The notes beneath the pieces are model-generated. The model did no database searches, was not told the DNA's origin, and was given only the letters and a program-made list of their open reading frames with translations. A program made the translations under genes and the position numbers. Of a stretch of 64,000 nt of DNA, positions 1 through 8,358 are shown piece after piece (within the stretch, counting starts at the first letter, position 1; every line of letters starts with the position of its first letter). The stretch lies in assembly GCA_963775425.1 (NCBI GenBank), contig CAVZJB010000016.1:1-64000 (forward strand), given 5' to 3'. Source of the DNA: an uncultured delta proteobacterium (lineage in GTDB: Bacteria > Myxococcota > UBA727 > VGSZ01).

Positions 1-140
1 AGCCGGTGCGGCGAGCGATGGCGCGGACGCTCTTGCGGACGTCGACATCGCGTCACGGCTCGTTGCGCCTCAAGCGCAACACGCGGAGCGTGCCGGCTGC
101 CGAGTGCCCCTATTGGGCGCGAGGCAGGAGGTCGCTGGCA

Positions 141-228
141 CATGTCCTCATCATGTCCTCACATGATGATTCAAGTGGTTAGACCTTGTGAAAATGTCCT
201 CCGTGGTCCCACGTCATCAGGACATGAT
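141..228. repeat. Short direct/inverted ATGTCCTC motifs in an AT-richer patch (possible res/recombinase or operator site)
   Basis: ATGTCCTC at 142, 153 and 194; inverted TCAGGACATGA at about 217-227. Confidence 0.4.
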
Positions 229-443
229 CAGGCACTTAAATAAGCAAGCCACCAGTGGCCGAATTCGGCCTCCACGCGCTCGTTGCCATCCTCGCCGTCG
301 GCGTCGCCCACCCCGTGGCGACGACGATGGCGGACTCGGGAGGACTGGGACATCGATGTCCCGTCCGCCCATCCGAGCCTGAGCGCCGAGCCCACGGTCG
401 GAGAATTATCCACGTTTCACAATATCACTGATCGTGTATCGGT

Positions 444-722
444 TCACTTCCAATCGCTGCGTCCGTCGACGACACACACGACGACCACCTCGCTGCGAGC
501 GTCGTCAACCACGTACACGACGATGTACGGCGTGCCACCGACGACAAGCTCACGCGTGCCGGCGACGACGCCAGCGCGGCCGAGCTCGGGATGCTGCTCC
601 AGATGCGTTGCGATCTCGAACAGCCGCACGCCCGTAGTCTTTGCGCGCTTCTTGTTCGTGAATCGTTGTCGGATCGCGCTGACGTCGCCGAGCGCCCGCT
701 TCGACCACCTTACTCGGGGCAA
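444..722 (-). CDS. Type II toxin, RelE/ParE family
   Basis: 92 aa; VRWSKRALGDV...HPELGRAG...GTRELVV..PYIVVY pattern; overlaps the upstream small gene. Confidence 0.88.
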   Translation of the reverse strand: MPRVRWSKRALGDVSAIRQRFTNKKRAKTTGVRLFEIATHLEQHPELGRAGVVAGTRELVVGGTPYIVVYVVDDARSEVVVVCVVDGRSDWK

Positions 723-961
723 GTCGGCGGATCCTTCTCGTCGTCGGAGCCCCAGCTTTCGAGCCAGGCCTTCATCGCGTCGTTGTCGACGGTGCGCCCG
801 GCGGCTGCATCGGCGAGGCCCTCGTCGACGAGTCGGCGCCGCTCGTTGTAGCGGCGGAGAAGCCCGTTGAGCGCCTCGTCGACGGACGTACCGGTAGCCT
901 TGGCCTCGGCCTCAAGGGCGGCGTTGGCGTCGTCGCTCAGGTTGACGGTGCGGGTGACCAT
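710..961 (-). CDS. Antitoxin, CopG/ribbon-helix-helix type
   Basis: 83 aa; N-terminal TVNLSDD..AALE beta/helix and EGLADAAAGRTV..AWLESWG tail; directly upstream of the toxin. Confidence 0.82.
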   Translation of the reverse strand: MVTRTVNLSDDANAALEAEAKATGTSVDEALNGLLRRYNERRRLVDEGLADAAAGRTVDNDAMKAWLESWGSDDEKDPPTCPE

Positions 962-1079
962 GGGGGCATCTTAGCCACCGGGTCCGGCAGCGTCGAGGTG
1001 GTCAGGAGCCGAGAGATCGCGCGCCAAGGTCGGACGATCATCGTCCCGACGTCGACGTCGGACCTGCTAACATGCGGAT

Positions 1080-2129
1080 GTGCGGATCGCAGTCACCGGG
1101 GTAGCATTGCTCGCGCTTGGCTGCGCTCGCGCCGCCGACATCAGCGTCGTTGTTTCGGACAACCTCGTCGAAGCGACGATTCGACCCGTCGGCACCGAAT
1201 GCAAGTGTGAAGGTGGATTCGCGCCGGTCGGCGAATGCACCTCAACCAGCGACGCCATCTTCGACTGCTCCTGCGTGGATGGGTCGCCCGTCACGGCGTG
1301 TGTTGCGGCGGTCCATCTCGAGTCGTCTGGGCAGACTCACGATCTCGGGCCGATCGACAAGATCACGCCTTTCGGCGCTGTCGGCTCAGCTCTCTCTGGA
1401 GACGCAACGCTCGTCTTCGATGGTTGCGGTGAGTCGTTGCGGGTGCCCGTCCATCCGGCAGCAGGAGGGGCAGCAACAGGCTCGCTCTCGTCGTCGAACG
1501 GAAACGTGACACTCAATATCGAGAGCGAGGCGACCCAATCTCAGGTCTGCGTCGGCGGCGCGTTTGTTTCGAGCTGTTGCGGCGCGGCGGGGCACGGCGA
1601 CCTTGCGCTCGCGGCAAACCAGTGCGGAGCGCAATCATCTGTTCGCCTCTTCACGCTCGTCGACGACATTGTGAAAGGGAGCGCGCACGCGCGCGTCTTT
1701 CAGAGCGATCAGGGTTTCGGCGGCACCGTGTGCGTGCCGACGATCGATGCGGATGGCCTCGCGTCGTGTGGCATCTGCGAGGGTCAGGTCATTGTTCAGC
1801 AGCAGTCCAGGCCAGATACCGTGGCCATCGACCTCTCGCGGCCGGAGCACTTCCGATTCGCCGGCCACGCTGGAACGGTCGAAGTCGACGGGACGACGCT
1901 CACCTTGAGCGGCATCGAGAACGACTTCATCGATTCCTCGCGGACGGGCACGTCGCACGGAACCGCCGCGAACGTGTCGATCACCGGCGGCCCTATAACG
2001 CCCGGTGCCTTCGCGACGATCGAGCTCAAGCTCGCGCCGCTACAGGTCACGATCGTCGATGACCAGGACGCGACGACCACGCAGATGACTGTCTCGTTCG
2101 ACGTCTTTGTCCCCCCGATCGCACCGTGA
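1080..2129 (+). CDS. Hypothetical Cys-rich exported lipoprotein
   Basis: 349 aa ORF with lipobox-like LALGC and paired Cys; codon usage visibly less GC3-biased than the core genes. Confidence 0.65.
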   Translation: MRIAVTGVALLALGCARAADISVVVSDNLVEATIRPVGTECKCEGGFAPVGECTSTSDAIFDCSCVDGSPVTACVAAVHLESSGQTHDLGPIDKITPFGAVGSALSGDATLVFDGCGESLRVPVHPAAGGAATGSLSSSNGNVTLNIESEATQSQVCVGGAFVSSCCGAAGHGDLALAANQCGAQSSVRLFTLVDDIVKGSAHARVFQSDQGFGGTVCVPTIDADGLASCGICEGQVIVQQQSRPDTVAIDLSRPEHFRFAGHAGTVEVDGTTLTLSGIENDFIDSSRTGTSHGTAANVSITGGPITPGAFATIELKLAPLQVTIVDDQDATTTQMTVSFDVFVPPIAP

Positions 2130-2282
2130 GTGTCTCCCCCACGTCTCCATGGACGTGGACGAAGCGGGCGGCTTCGAGGAGACTGCGGTCGACCGTGGCG
2201 GAAACGGTTTCCGTCGACGATTCGAGCCGTTGGGCAAATTCCCGTGCGCGGTCGCCATGTTCAACCACCTTGCCCAAGCCGT

Positions 2283-2305
2283 TTCAAATCCTGTCGCTCC
2301 GACCA
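2283..2305 (+). other. att site: 3' fragment of a tRNA-Pro-like gene
   Basis: TTCAAATCCTGTCGCTCCGACCA = T-loop, T-stem 3' strand, acceptor 3' strand and CCA, with no 5' half upstream. Confidence 0.8.
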
Positions 2306-2309
2306 AACA

Positions 2310-2343
2310 CGAAGACGGGCTCTCTCACGGGAGCCCGTCTTCG
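2310..2343 (+). terminator. Stem-loop after the tRNA fragment (probable tRNA terminator)
   Basis: Perfect 13-bp stem CGAAGACGGGCTC/GAGCCCGTCTTCG; no U-tract. Confidence 0.6.
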
Positions 2344-2363
2344 CGCAAGATGAAAGCGCGCGC

Positions 2364-3071
2364 ATGAGGATCTGCCTGACGAGCGTGTGCGCGGTCTGCG
2401 CTGGCACCGTCTGCGCTGCCGCCTTCTGCGTGGGCACCGCCTCGTGCACGACGGTGCGGCACCCGGGGGCGCCGGCGACGAGCGAGCCGCCGGCCGGCAC
2501 CTTCCACACCATGAGGCCCGGCGAGACCCTCTGGGACCTCTCACGGCAAAGCGGCCTCTCCGTCGACGAGATCGCCGAGGTGAACGGCATCCCCTCCGCC
2601 GACGACGTCGCCGCCGGCCAACGGATCTTCCTGCCTGCCGGCGCCATGTCCGAGGCCGCCGGCAGCGCGCCCGCCGAGCGCGCGGAGCCGGAGGCGCCGC
2701 CTGCCGGCCCCGCGGCGCTGTCGTGGCCCGTCGACGGCGTGGTGCTCCGCGACTTCAAGGCCGGCGCCTACGACGGGGTCCTCGTGGCCGCGCCCGCGGG
2801 CACGCCGGTGACGGCGGCGGCGGCCGGCGCCGTCGTGTTCACCGGCGACCAGCACACCTCCTACGGGCTCCTCGTCGTGGTCAAGCACGCCGGCGACCTC
2901 ACCACCGTCTACGGCGACCTCGGCGGCGTCGACGTCGCCGTCGGCGACACGGTGCAGGCCGGCCAGAAGCTCGGCGTCGTCGGGACGAGCGGGGGCCAGG
3001 AGACCCCCCGGTTGCACTTTCAGGTGCGGCGGGGTCGAACGGCCGTCGACCCGCTCCCCTTGTTGCCGTGA
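2364..3071 (+). CDS. nlpD: LysM + M23 peptidase protein (NlpD-like)
   Basis: LysM (HTMRPGETLWDLS...NGI) and M23 domain (WPVDG, YGLLVVVKH, LHFQVR); upstream of apt. Confidence 0.85.
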   Translation: MRICLTSVCAVCAGTVCAAAFCVGTASCTTVRHPGAPATSEPPAGTFHTMRPGETLWDLSRQSGLSVDEIAEVNGIPSADDVAAGQRIFLPAGAMSEAAGSAPAERAEPEAPPAGPAALSWPVDGVVLRDFKAGAYDGVLVAAPAGTPVTAAAAGAVVFTGDQHTSYGLLVVVKHAGDLTTVYGDLGGVDVAVGDTVQAGQKLGVVGTSGGQETPRLHFQVRRGRTAVDPLPLLP

Positions 3072-3077
3072 GCCGCC

Positions 3078-3620
3078 ATGCAGAACACCCGCCCCCTGAG
3101 CACCGAGCTCGCACGCGCCAAGGAGCTCGTGCGTGACATTCCGGACTTCCCGAAGAAGGGGATCCTCTTTCGCGATGTCACGCCGCTGTTGAAGGACCAC
3201 GGCGCGCTGCAGGCGGTGACGCAGTCGTTGGCGGAGCCGTGGCGCGGCAAGGTCGACGTCGTCGCGGGCATGGAGAGCCGCGGGTTCATCTTCGGCTCCG
3301 CCCTGGCGCTCGACCTCGGCGTCGGCTTCATCCCGGTGCGCAAGTCCGGGAAGCTGCCGTTCAAGACGGAGAGCGTGCGCTACGGCCTCGAGTACGGCCA
3401 GGACACGCTCGAGATCCACGTCGACGCGTGCAAGCCCAACGAGCGCGTCCTCATCTGCGACGACCTCATCGCCACCGGCGGCACGGCAGCGGCCACGGCG
3501 CAGCTCATCGAGCGCATCGGCGGCCGCGTCGCGGGCTACGCCTTCGTCATCGAGCTCGCCGAGCTCGGCGGCCGCAAGAAGCTCGGCGGCCGCACCGTCG
3601 AAGCCCTGTTCAGCTACTAG
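3078..3620 (+). CDS. apt: Adenine phosphoribosyltransferase
   Basis: PDFPKKGILFRD, ESRGF, RKSGKLP, LEYG and DDLIATGGT motifs. Confidence 0.97.
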   Translation: MQNTRPLSTELARAKELVRDIPDFPKKGILFRDVTPLLKDHGALQAVTQSLAEPWRGKVDVVAGMESRGFIFGSALALDLGVGFIPVRKSGKLPFKTESVRYGLEYGQDTLEIHVDACKPNERVLICDDLIATGGTAAATAQLIERIGGRVAGYAFVIELAELGGRKKLGGRTVEALFSY

Positions 3621-4344
3621 CCCCGGGAAAGCCGACGACGGCGCCGCGGCGGCACAGGTCCACCAGCGCCGCGTTGACGCGCGGGCGATCGAGGGTGTCG
3701 CCGGGGGCGAGCGACGCTTCGACGGCGGCGAAGGCGTCGCCGAGCGTGGCGCCCTCGGCGGTCTGCACGAGCACCTTGGCGGTGCCGCCCTCGAGCCGTT
3801 GCCAGACGAACCGCTCCGACGCGCGCCACGCGAGGAGGATGATGGGCTCCGGCGACGGCTCCGGGTAGCGATGGGCGCTCTTGGTGAGCCGATGCACGGC
3901 GTGTCGATACGCCACGATCCTCGTCGACGGATGGGTCTCCACCGTCGACGCCGGCGCGGGCGCGCGCGGGTGGGACGCGCCCTCGTGCTCGGGGGCGAGG
4001 CCGACGTCGATCTCGAGCGCCTCCCAGTGCGCGAGCTCGCCTGCGGCGGCGTGCGGGAGATCTTCGCGCGCCATCAGCCACGCCGCGAACTCGCCGGCCA
4101 CCTGGCGCACCAGCCGCGTGGACGGGCCCTGCTCGTCGAGCCAGCGGCTGATGAGCGCGTCGACGACGTCGTCGCTGAGGAGCTTGCGCGAGATGGGCAC
4201 CGCGCGACGCACGGCGCCGAACAGGTTGTTGCGCACGAGGCGGCGGTACAGCCGCTGCCGCACGGGGTCGGGCCCGCTGATCAGCTGCTCTTCGGGAGCG
4301 AGCAGCAGGCCGCGGAAGCCGCGCTCGGCGTCGTCGAGCTTCAT
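3610..4344 (-). CDS. DUF2063-type MNIO partner protein (HvfC/BufC-like)
   Basis: RLYRRLVRNN and ELAHWEALE motifs; 4-bp overlap with the DUF692 gene. Confidence 0.85.
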   Translation of the reverse strand: MKLDDAERGFRGLLLAPEEQLISGPDPVRQRLYRRLVRNNLFGAVRRAVPISRKLLSDDVVDALISRWLDEQGPSTRLVRQVAGEFAAWLMAREDLPHAAAGELAHWEALEIDVGLAPEHEGASHPRAPAPASTVETHPSTRIVAYRHAVHRLTKSAHRYPEPSPEPIILLAWRASERFVWQRLEGGTAKVLVQTAEGATLGDAFAAVEASLAPGDTLDRPRVNAALVDLCRRGAVVGFPGASS

Positions 4345-5183
4345 CCGATGATCCCCGCGATGCGTTGGAGCTCCGCCTCGAGCTCCGGGAGGGGGGGGAT
4401 GGCGTGGTCGCGCTCGAGGAGCACCGGCGGGCGGTGCGGCATCTTGTTCAGCGTGTACTCGAGCAGCTCGTACACGGGATCGATGACGGGGGCGCCGTGG
4501 GTGTCGACGACGAGCGTGGGGTCGCCGCGATCGTCGGTGAGCTCCACGTCGTGGCCCGCGATGTGGAACTGCACCACGCGATCGAGCGGAAGCGCGTCGA
4601 TGTACGCGCGGGCGTCGAGCTTGAAGTTCACCGCGTTGACGTAGACGTTGTTGATGTCGAGGAGCAGCTTGCAGTCCGCCTCCTCGACGACGCGCCGGAC
4701 GAACGTGGGCTCGTCCATGGTGCCGCCGGGGACGCGCAGGTACGCGGAGACGTTCTCGACGGCGACGGGCATCTCGAGGATGTCCTTCACCTCGCGCACG
4801 CGGCGCGCGGCGCGCGCGACGGCCTCGTCGGTGAAGGGCAGGGGCAACAGGTCGTGTGTCTCGACGCCGGCGACGTGGGTGAGGCAGAGGTGGTCGCTGT
4901 ACCAGCGCGCGCCGAGGCCGTTCAGGAAGCGCTTGAGCTCCTTGATGAGCGCCGTGTCGAGGGGCGCGGCGCCGGAGAAGTCGCCGCACAGCCCGTGCGA
5001 GACCACCGGCCAGCGCTCCGCCGCCATGGCGAGCCAGCGGCCGCGTTGGCCGCCGACGCCGAGGTAGTTCTCGGGCGCCACCTCGATGAACTGCGCGTGG
5101 CTCTCCGTCGACGACAGCAGCTCTTCGGCCAGGGCCGCGCGGAAGCCGAGGCCTGCGCCGGTGGGCTCGCGGGAAAGGGGCAT
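4341..5183 (-). CDS. DUF692 multinuclear non-heme iron oxidative enzyme (HvfB/BufB-like)
   Basis: GLGFR, EVAPENY, SDHLC, DLLPLP, ENVSAY, LLLDINNVYVN, HIAGH, DTHG and LERD motifs. Confidence 0.95.
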   Translation of the reverse strand: MPLSREPTGAGLGFRAALAEELLSSTESHAQFIEVAPENYLGVGGQRGRWLAMAAERWPVVSHGLCGDFSGAAPLDTALIKELKRFLNGLGARWYSDHLCLTHVAGVETHDLLPLPFTDEAVARAARRVREVKDILEMPVAVENVSAYLRVPGGTMDEPTFVRRVVEEADCKLLLDINNVYVNAVNFKLDARAYIDALPLDRVVQFHIAGHDVELTDDRGDPTLVVDTHGAPVIDPVYELLEYTLNKMPHRPPVLLERDHAIPPLPELEAELQRIAGIIG

Positions 5184-5219
5184 GCCCCGTGATAGCCGCC
5201 GCCGTCGCCGCACGCATGG

Positions 5220-5250
5220 AAAAAAACGGCGCGCCGTGTGGCGCGCCGTT
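5220..5250 (-). terminator. Intrinsic terminator/attenuator between precursor and DUF692
   Basis: On the minus strand, 11-bp stem AACGGCGCGCC-ACAC-GGCGCGCCGTT running into a T-tract. Confidence 0.8.
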
Positions 5251-5285
5251 CGCCCCCCTCGAGGAGGCTCAAACCGAAGCCCGGC

Positions 5286-5534
5286 TCAGTTCTGGGGCTT
5301 GGCGCCGCAGGAGCCCTCGGGCTTCTTGTCGCCACCGCAGGAACCCTCGGGGGTCTTGGCGGCGTCGGCAGCCGGAGCGTCGGCGGCGGGGGCCGCGTCG
5401 GCGGGGGCAGCGGCCGGGGCCGCGTCAGCGGCAGGGGCCTCTTCGGCGGGCTTCTCGGCGGGCTTGCTGCTGGCGCAACCGACAGCGACGAGACCGGCGA
5501 CGCCGAGGCTGGCGAGGAGAACAGACTTCTTCAT
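5286..5534 (-). CDS. Oxazolin/HvfA-like RiPP precursor, lipoprotein
   Basis: 82 aa: MKK signal ending VAVGC, Ala/Pro/Asp linker, two PEGSCG motifs; upstream of DUF692. Confidence 0.85.
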   Translation of the reverse strand: MKKSVLLASLGVAGLVAVGCASSKPAEKPAEEAPAADAAPAAAPADAAPAADAPAADAAKTPEGSCGGDKKPEGSCGAKPQN

Positions 5535-5656
5535 GGGGCTTACCTCATTTTGCCGTGATGACACGGCGGTTGTGGGTTCGAGTCGACTCAAAGGAGTTCA
5601 GCCGGCGAGCAAACCTCTCCAACGCCTCCTCGAGGCGGACTCTGGCCAAGATCGAG

Positions 5657-5682
5657 GACGGAAATCAAGCCGGGCTTGTTCA
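5657..5682 (-). promoter_or_regulatory. Possible ECF-sigma promoter of the RiPP operon
   Basis: TGAAC-N17-CGTC on the minus strand about 120 bp upstream of the precursor start. Confidence 0.3.
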
Positions 5683-5758
5683 CATCCGCCTTTTTACGAA
5701 GACGTGACCTGCTCGCGGAGGCGCGAAACGTGGCCCGGGCGATGCAGCCGGAACGAGG

Positions 5759-7045
5759 ATGGCGACCCGGACCCTTGCCCTCCGCGCCGTGGAGCTGGCG
5801 CGCGCGCCCGCGCAGGCGCTCGACGCCATCATCGCCCGCAGCCAACGACACCCCACCCGGGGCCTGCGCCTCGTCGCCGCCGGCGCCGTCCTGATTCGCG
5901 AGATCCTCGACGCGGATCTGCCCGGGCGCGCCGCCGCCAGCGCCTACACCCTCGTGCTCGCCCTGATCCCGCTGTTGACGACGTCGCTGGCGTTCTTCAC
6001 CGCGTTCCCCGGCCTCCAGGGCCAGCGGGCGTGGCTGCGCGACCGGCTGCTCGACTTCCTGTTGCCCGGGGCCGTGAAGAGCGTGGAGGGCTACCTCGCG
6101 CGCTTCAGCGAGCGGGCGGCGGCCGCGGGCGCCGTGAGCTCGCTCGCCTTCCTCGTGCTCGCCTTGCTCGTGCTCAAGAACGTCGAGCGGACCTTCAGCC
6201 GCGTCTGGCACGTCGACGCCGCCCGCACCTGGGCGGAGCGCGTCCGCGTCCTGGCGCTCGTGTTCCTCGGCGGCGCGGTGGCCGTGACGGCGATGGTGGC
6301 GGTGTCGGACCTCGGGGTCGCCGACCGCTTGGCAGCTTTTCCGACGCTGGTGGGCCTGTTGGCGTCGTGGGTGTTGTTCTTCGTGGTCATCACCCTGTTC
6401 CCCCCGACACGCGTGCGCCCCGGCCCCGCGCTCGCGGCCGCCGTGACGATGGGATCGGTGTGGCACCTGTCGCGCTGGGGCTTCACCTGGTACGTCACGA
6501 GCTCCGCGCACTACGAGACCCTCTACGGGCCCATCGGCGTCGCCTTCGCGTTCATCTTCTGGGTGTACCTGACGGTGCTGATGCTCCTCGTCGCCGGCAG
6601 CATCAGCTTCGTCGCGCAGAACTACGCGGCGTTGCGCGCCGAGCGGCGCCCCACGCTGTACCCTGCGGTGGCCGCCGCCGCCCTCCTCGCGCGCGCGTTC
6701 CTCGACGGAGATCCCGAGCGGCGCGTGCGTGACCTCGCCGGCGCGCTCGGCGTGTCCGCGCACGCCGTCGCGCACGCGCTCGTCGTGCTCAAGGACGACG
6801 GCGTGCTCCTGCGCACGGGGGGAACCTTCGAAGAGGCGGCCTACGCGATGGGGGCGCCGCCCGAGAGCATCACCGTCGCGCGCATCGTGCGCCTCACGGG
6901 TGCCGACGAATTCTGCGTCGAACAAAACGCGGCGCCGTCGGCCCTGCGCGACGAGGTCGCAGCGCTGTTCGTCGAGGCGAAAAGCGGCGCCGCGCGCCCG
7001 CTCGCCGCCGTGACTCTCGCCAATCTCGCCCGAGCCATCGCATGA
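5759..7045 (+). CDS. YihY/BrkB family membrane protein with C-terminal Rrf2-like HTH
   Basis: AAASAYTLVLALIP, VERTFSRVW, YETLYG, FWVYL motifs; C-terminal winged-helix-like segment. Confidence 0.88.
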   Translation: MATRTLALRAVELARAPAQALDAIIARSQRHPTRGLRLVAAGAVLIREILDADLPGRAAASAYTLVLALIPLLTTSLAFFTAFPGLQGQRAWLRDRLLDFLLPGAVKSVEGYLARFSERAAAAGAVSSLAFLVLALLVLKNVERTFSRVWHVDAARTWAERVRVLALVFLGGAVAVTAMVAVSDLGVADRLAAFPTLVGLLASWVLFFVVITLFPPTRVRPGPALAAAVTMGSVWHLSRWGFTWYVTSSAHYETLYGPIGVAFAFIFWVYLTVLMLLVAGSISFVAQNYAALRAERRPTLYPAVAAAALLARAFLDGDPERRVRDLAGALGVSAHAVAHALVVLKDDGVLLRTGGTFEEAAYAMGAPPESITVARIVRLTGADEFCVEQNAAPSALRDEVAALFVEAKSGAARPLAAVTLANLARAIA

Positions 7046-8228
7046 GCGGGCTCGCCGACAGCCCGTGGACGACGACGGACGCGAGCACCACCGCGCTCAC
7101 GACGCTCCACACCGGTTGAAACGACGGGCGCCTCAGCGCGATGAGCGCGTAGAGGATGCCCGCGGCGCCCATCGGCCCCATCCACCCGAACAACAACGCC
7201 CCCCGCCACGTGCGCAGGCGCGGGATGAGCGGCGCGAGCAGCAGCACGAAGGGCAGCCGGCGCACGACGAGGAAGCCCGCCGCGACGAGGAGGAAGCGCG
7301 CGGGGTGTGCGGCCCACGCGCTCCACGGGAGCGCGGCGCCGAAGACGATGAAGATCGCAGGCGTGAAGAAGCGGTCGACGGCCGAGTGCACGTGCACGCG
7401 CGGCTCGCGCATCTCGCCCGGCGAGATGGCGCTGAACACCGCGCCGGCGCAGAACGCGGCGAACACGCCGTCGGCGTCGATGACGCGCGCGGCGCCGGCG
7501 GCGGTGAGCGCGAGGGCGAGCGTGAGCGCGAAGTGCCCCTCACGCTCGACGGCGTCGCGCTCGTGGAGCCAGCGCAGCGTCCACGCGACGGCGCCGCCGA
7601 CGACGGCCCCGACGGCGCCGCCGGTGAGCACGTCCCACAGGAGCACGTGCGCCACGGTGTGCCCGAGGTTGCCGGCGACGCTCGCGGGGATGGCGACGAG
7701 GGGGTAGGCGAGGCCGTCGTTGGCGGCGCTCTCGGCGAGCAGCAGGTGGCGCCAGCGCGGCGAGGTCGAGCGCTCGGCGGTGCGGCCGGTGACGACGTCG
7801 CTGGCGAGGACCGGGTCCGTGGGCGCGAGCGCCGCACCGCACAGGAGCGCGAGCGTCACGGGCAGCCCTCCCGCCAGCCGGGCGACGCCGGCGCCGGCGA
7901 GCGCGGCGGCGGGCATGGCGACGAGCAGGAGCAGCGCCAGCGAGCGCCAGGCGCGGCAGGGGTAGCCGCGCGGCAGGCGCACCATGACGCCGACGACCTG
8001 GACCGCCAGCGCCATCCGCGTGAGCTCCTCGAGCCACACCCGGGTGGTGCCCTCCGCTTCGAGGTGCAGCGCGCCCGACGCCGACAGGGCGGCGCCGAGC
8101 GCGACGGCCGCGAGCGGCTCGGTGAGCCAGATGCGCTCCTTGAGCACGCGCGCGAACAGAGCGAAGACGAGGATGAACGCGGCGAGCACCGCGATGGCCG
8201 CGCTCAGGGTCCTGTCGTCCGCACCCAT
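6894..8228 (-). CDS. Cation:proton antiporter (CPA1/NhaP-like)
   Basis: LAPTDPVLA, ESAANDG, GWMGPMG, SVVVHG motifs; many TM segments; 3' end overlaps yihY. Confidence 0.88.
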   Translation of the reverse strand: MGADDRTLSAAIAVLAAFILVFALFARVLKERIWLTEPLAAVALGAALSASGALHLEAEGTTRVWLEELTRMALAVQVVGVMVRLPRGYPCRAWRSLALLLLVAMPAAALAGAGVARLAGGLPVTLALLCGAALAPTDPVLASDVVTGRTAERSTSPRWRHLLLAESAANDGLAYPLVAIPASVAGNLGHTVAHVLLWDVLTGGAVGAVVGGAVAWTLRWLHERDAVEREGHFALTLALALTAAGAARVIDADGVFAAFCAGAVFSAISPGEMREPRVHVHSAVDRFFTPAIFIVFGAALPWSAWAAHPARFLLVAAGFLVVRRLPFVLLLAPLIPRLRTWRGALLFGWMGPMGAAGILYALIALRRPSFQPVWSVVSAVVLASVVVHGLSASPLMRWLGRDWRESRRRAGARRRFSPRRTALRPRRAGPTAPRFVRRRIRRHP

Positions 8229-8358
8229 GTCCTCCGTCGGGGTAGGGACGCGCGCGCGCACGGGCAGGCGCGGGGCCCCGGACAGGAGTTTCGGGGTCGG
8301 ACGATCGACCAATCTGTGAGGTGTGGCACGCCTCCCGCAACTGACCGATACCCGACCG

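Larger units (their letters stand above)
1..2305. mobile_element. Right end of an integrative element/prophage inserted at tRNA-Pro
   Basis: TA module, atypical composition, ends at an isolated tRNA 3' fragment; no integrase in the window. Confidence 0.6.

Noticed and set aside
2230-2305. Complete tRNA-Pro gene
   Set aside because: Only the T-loop to CCA is present; upstream sequence gives no D-arm, anticodon arm or acceptor 5' strand.
2040-2306. 88-aa ORF starting MVGATGFE
   Set aside because: Typical antisense translation of a tRNA 3' end.
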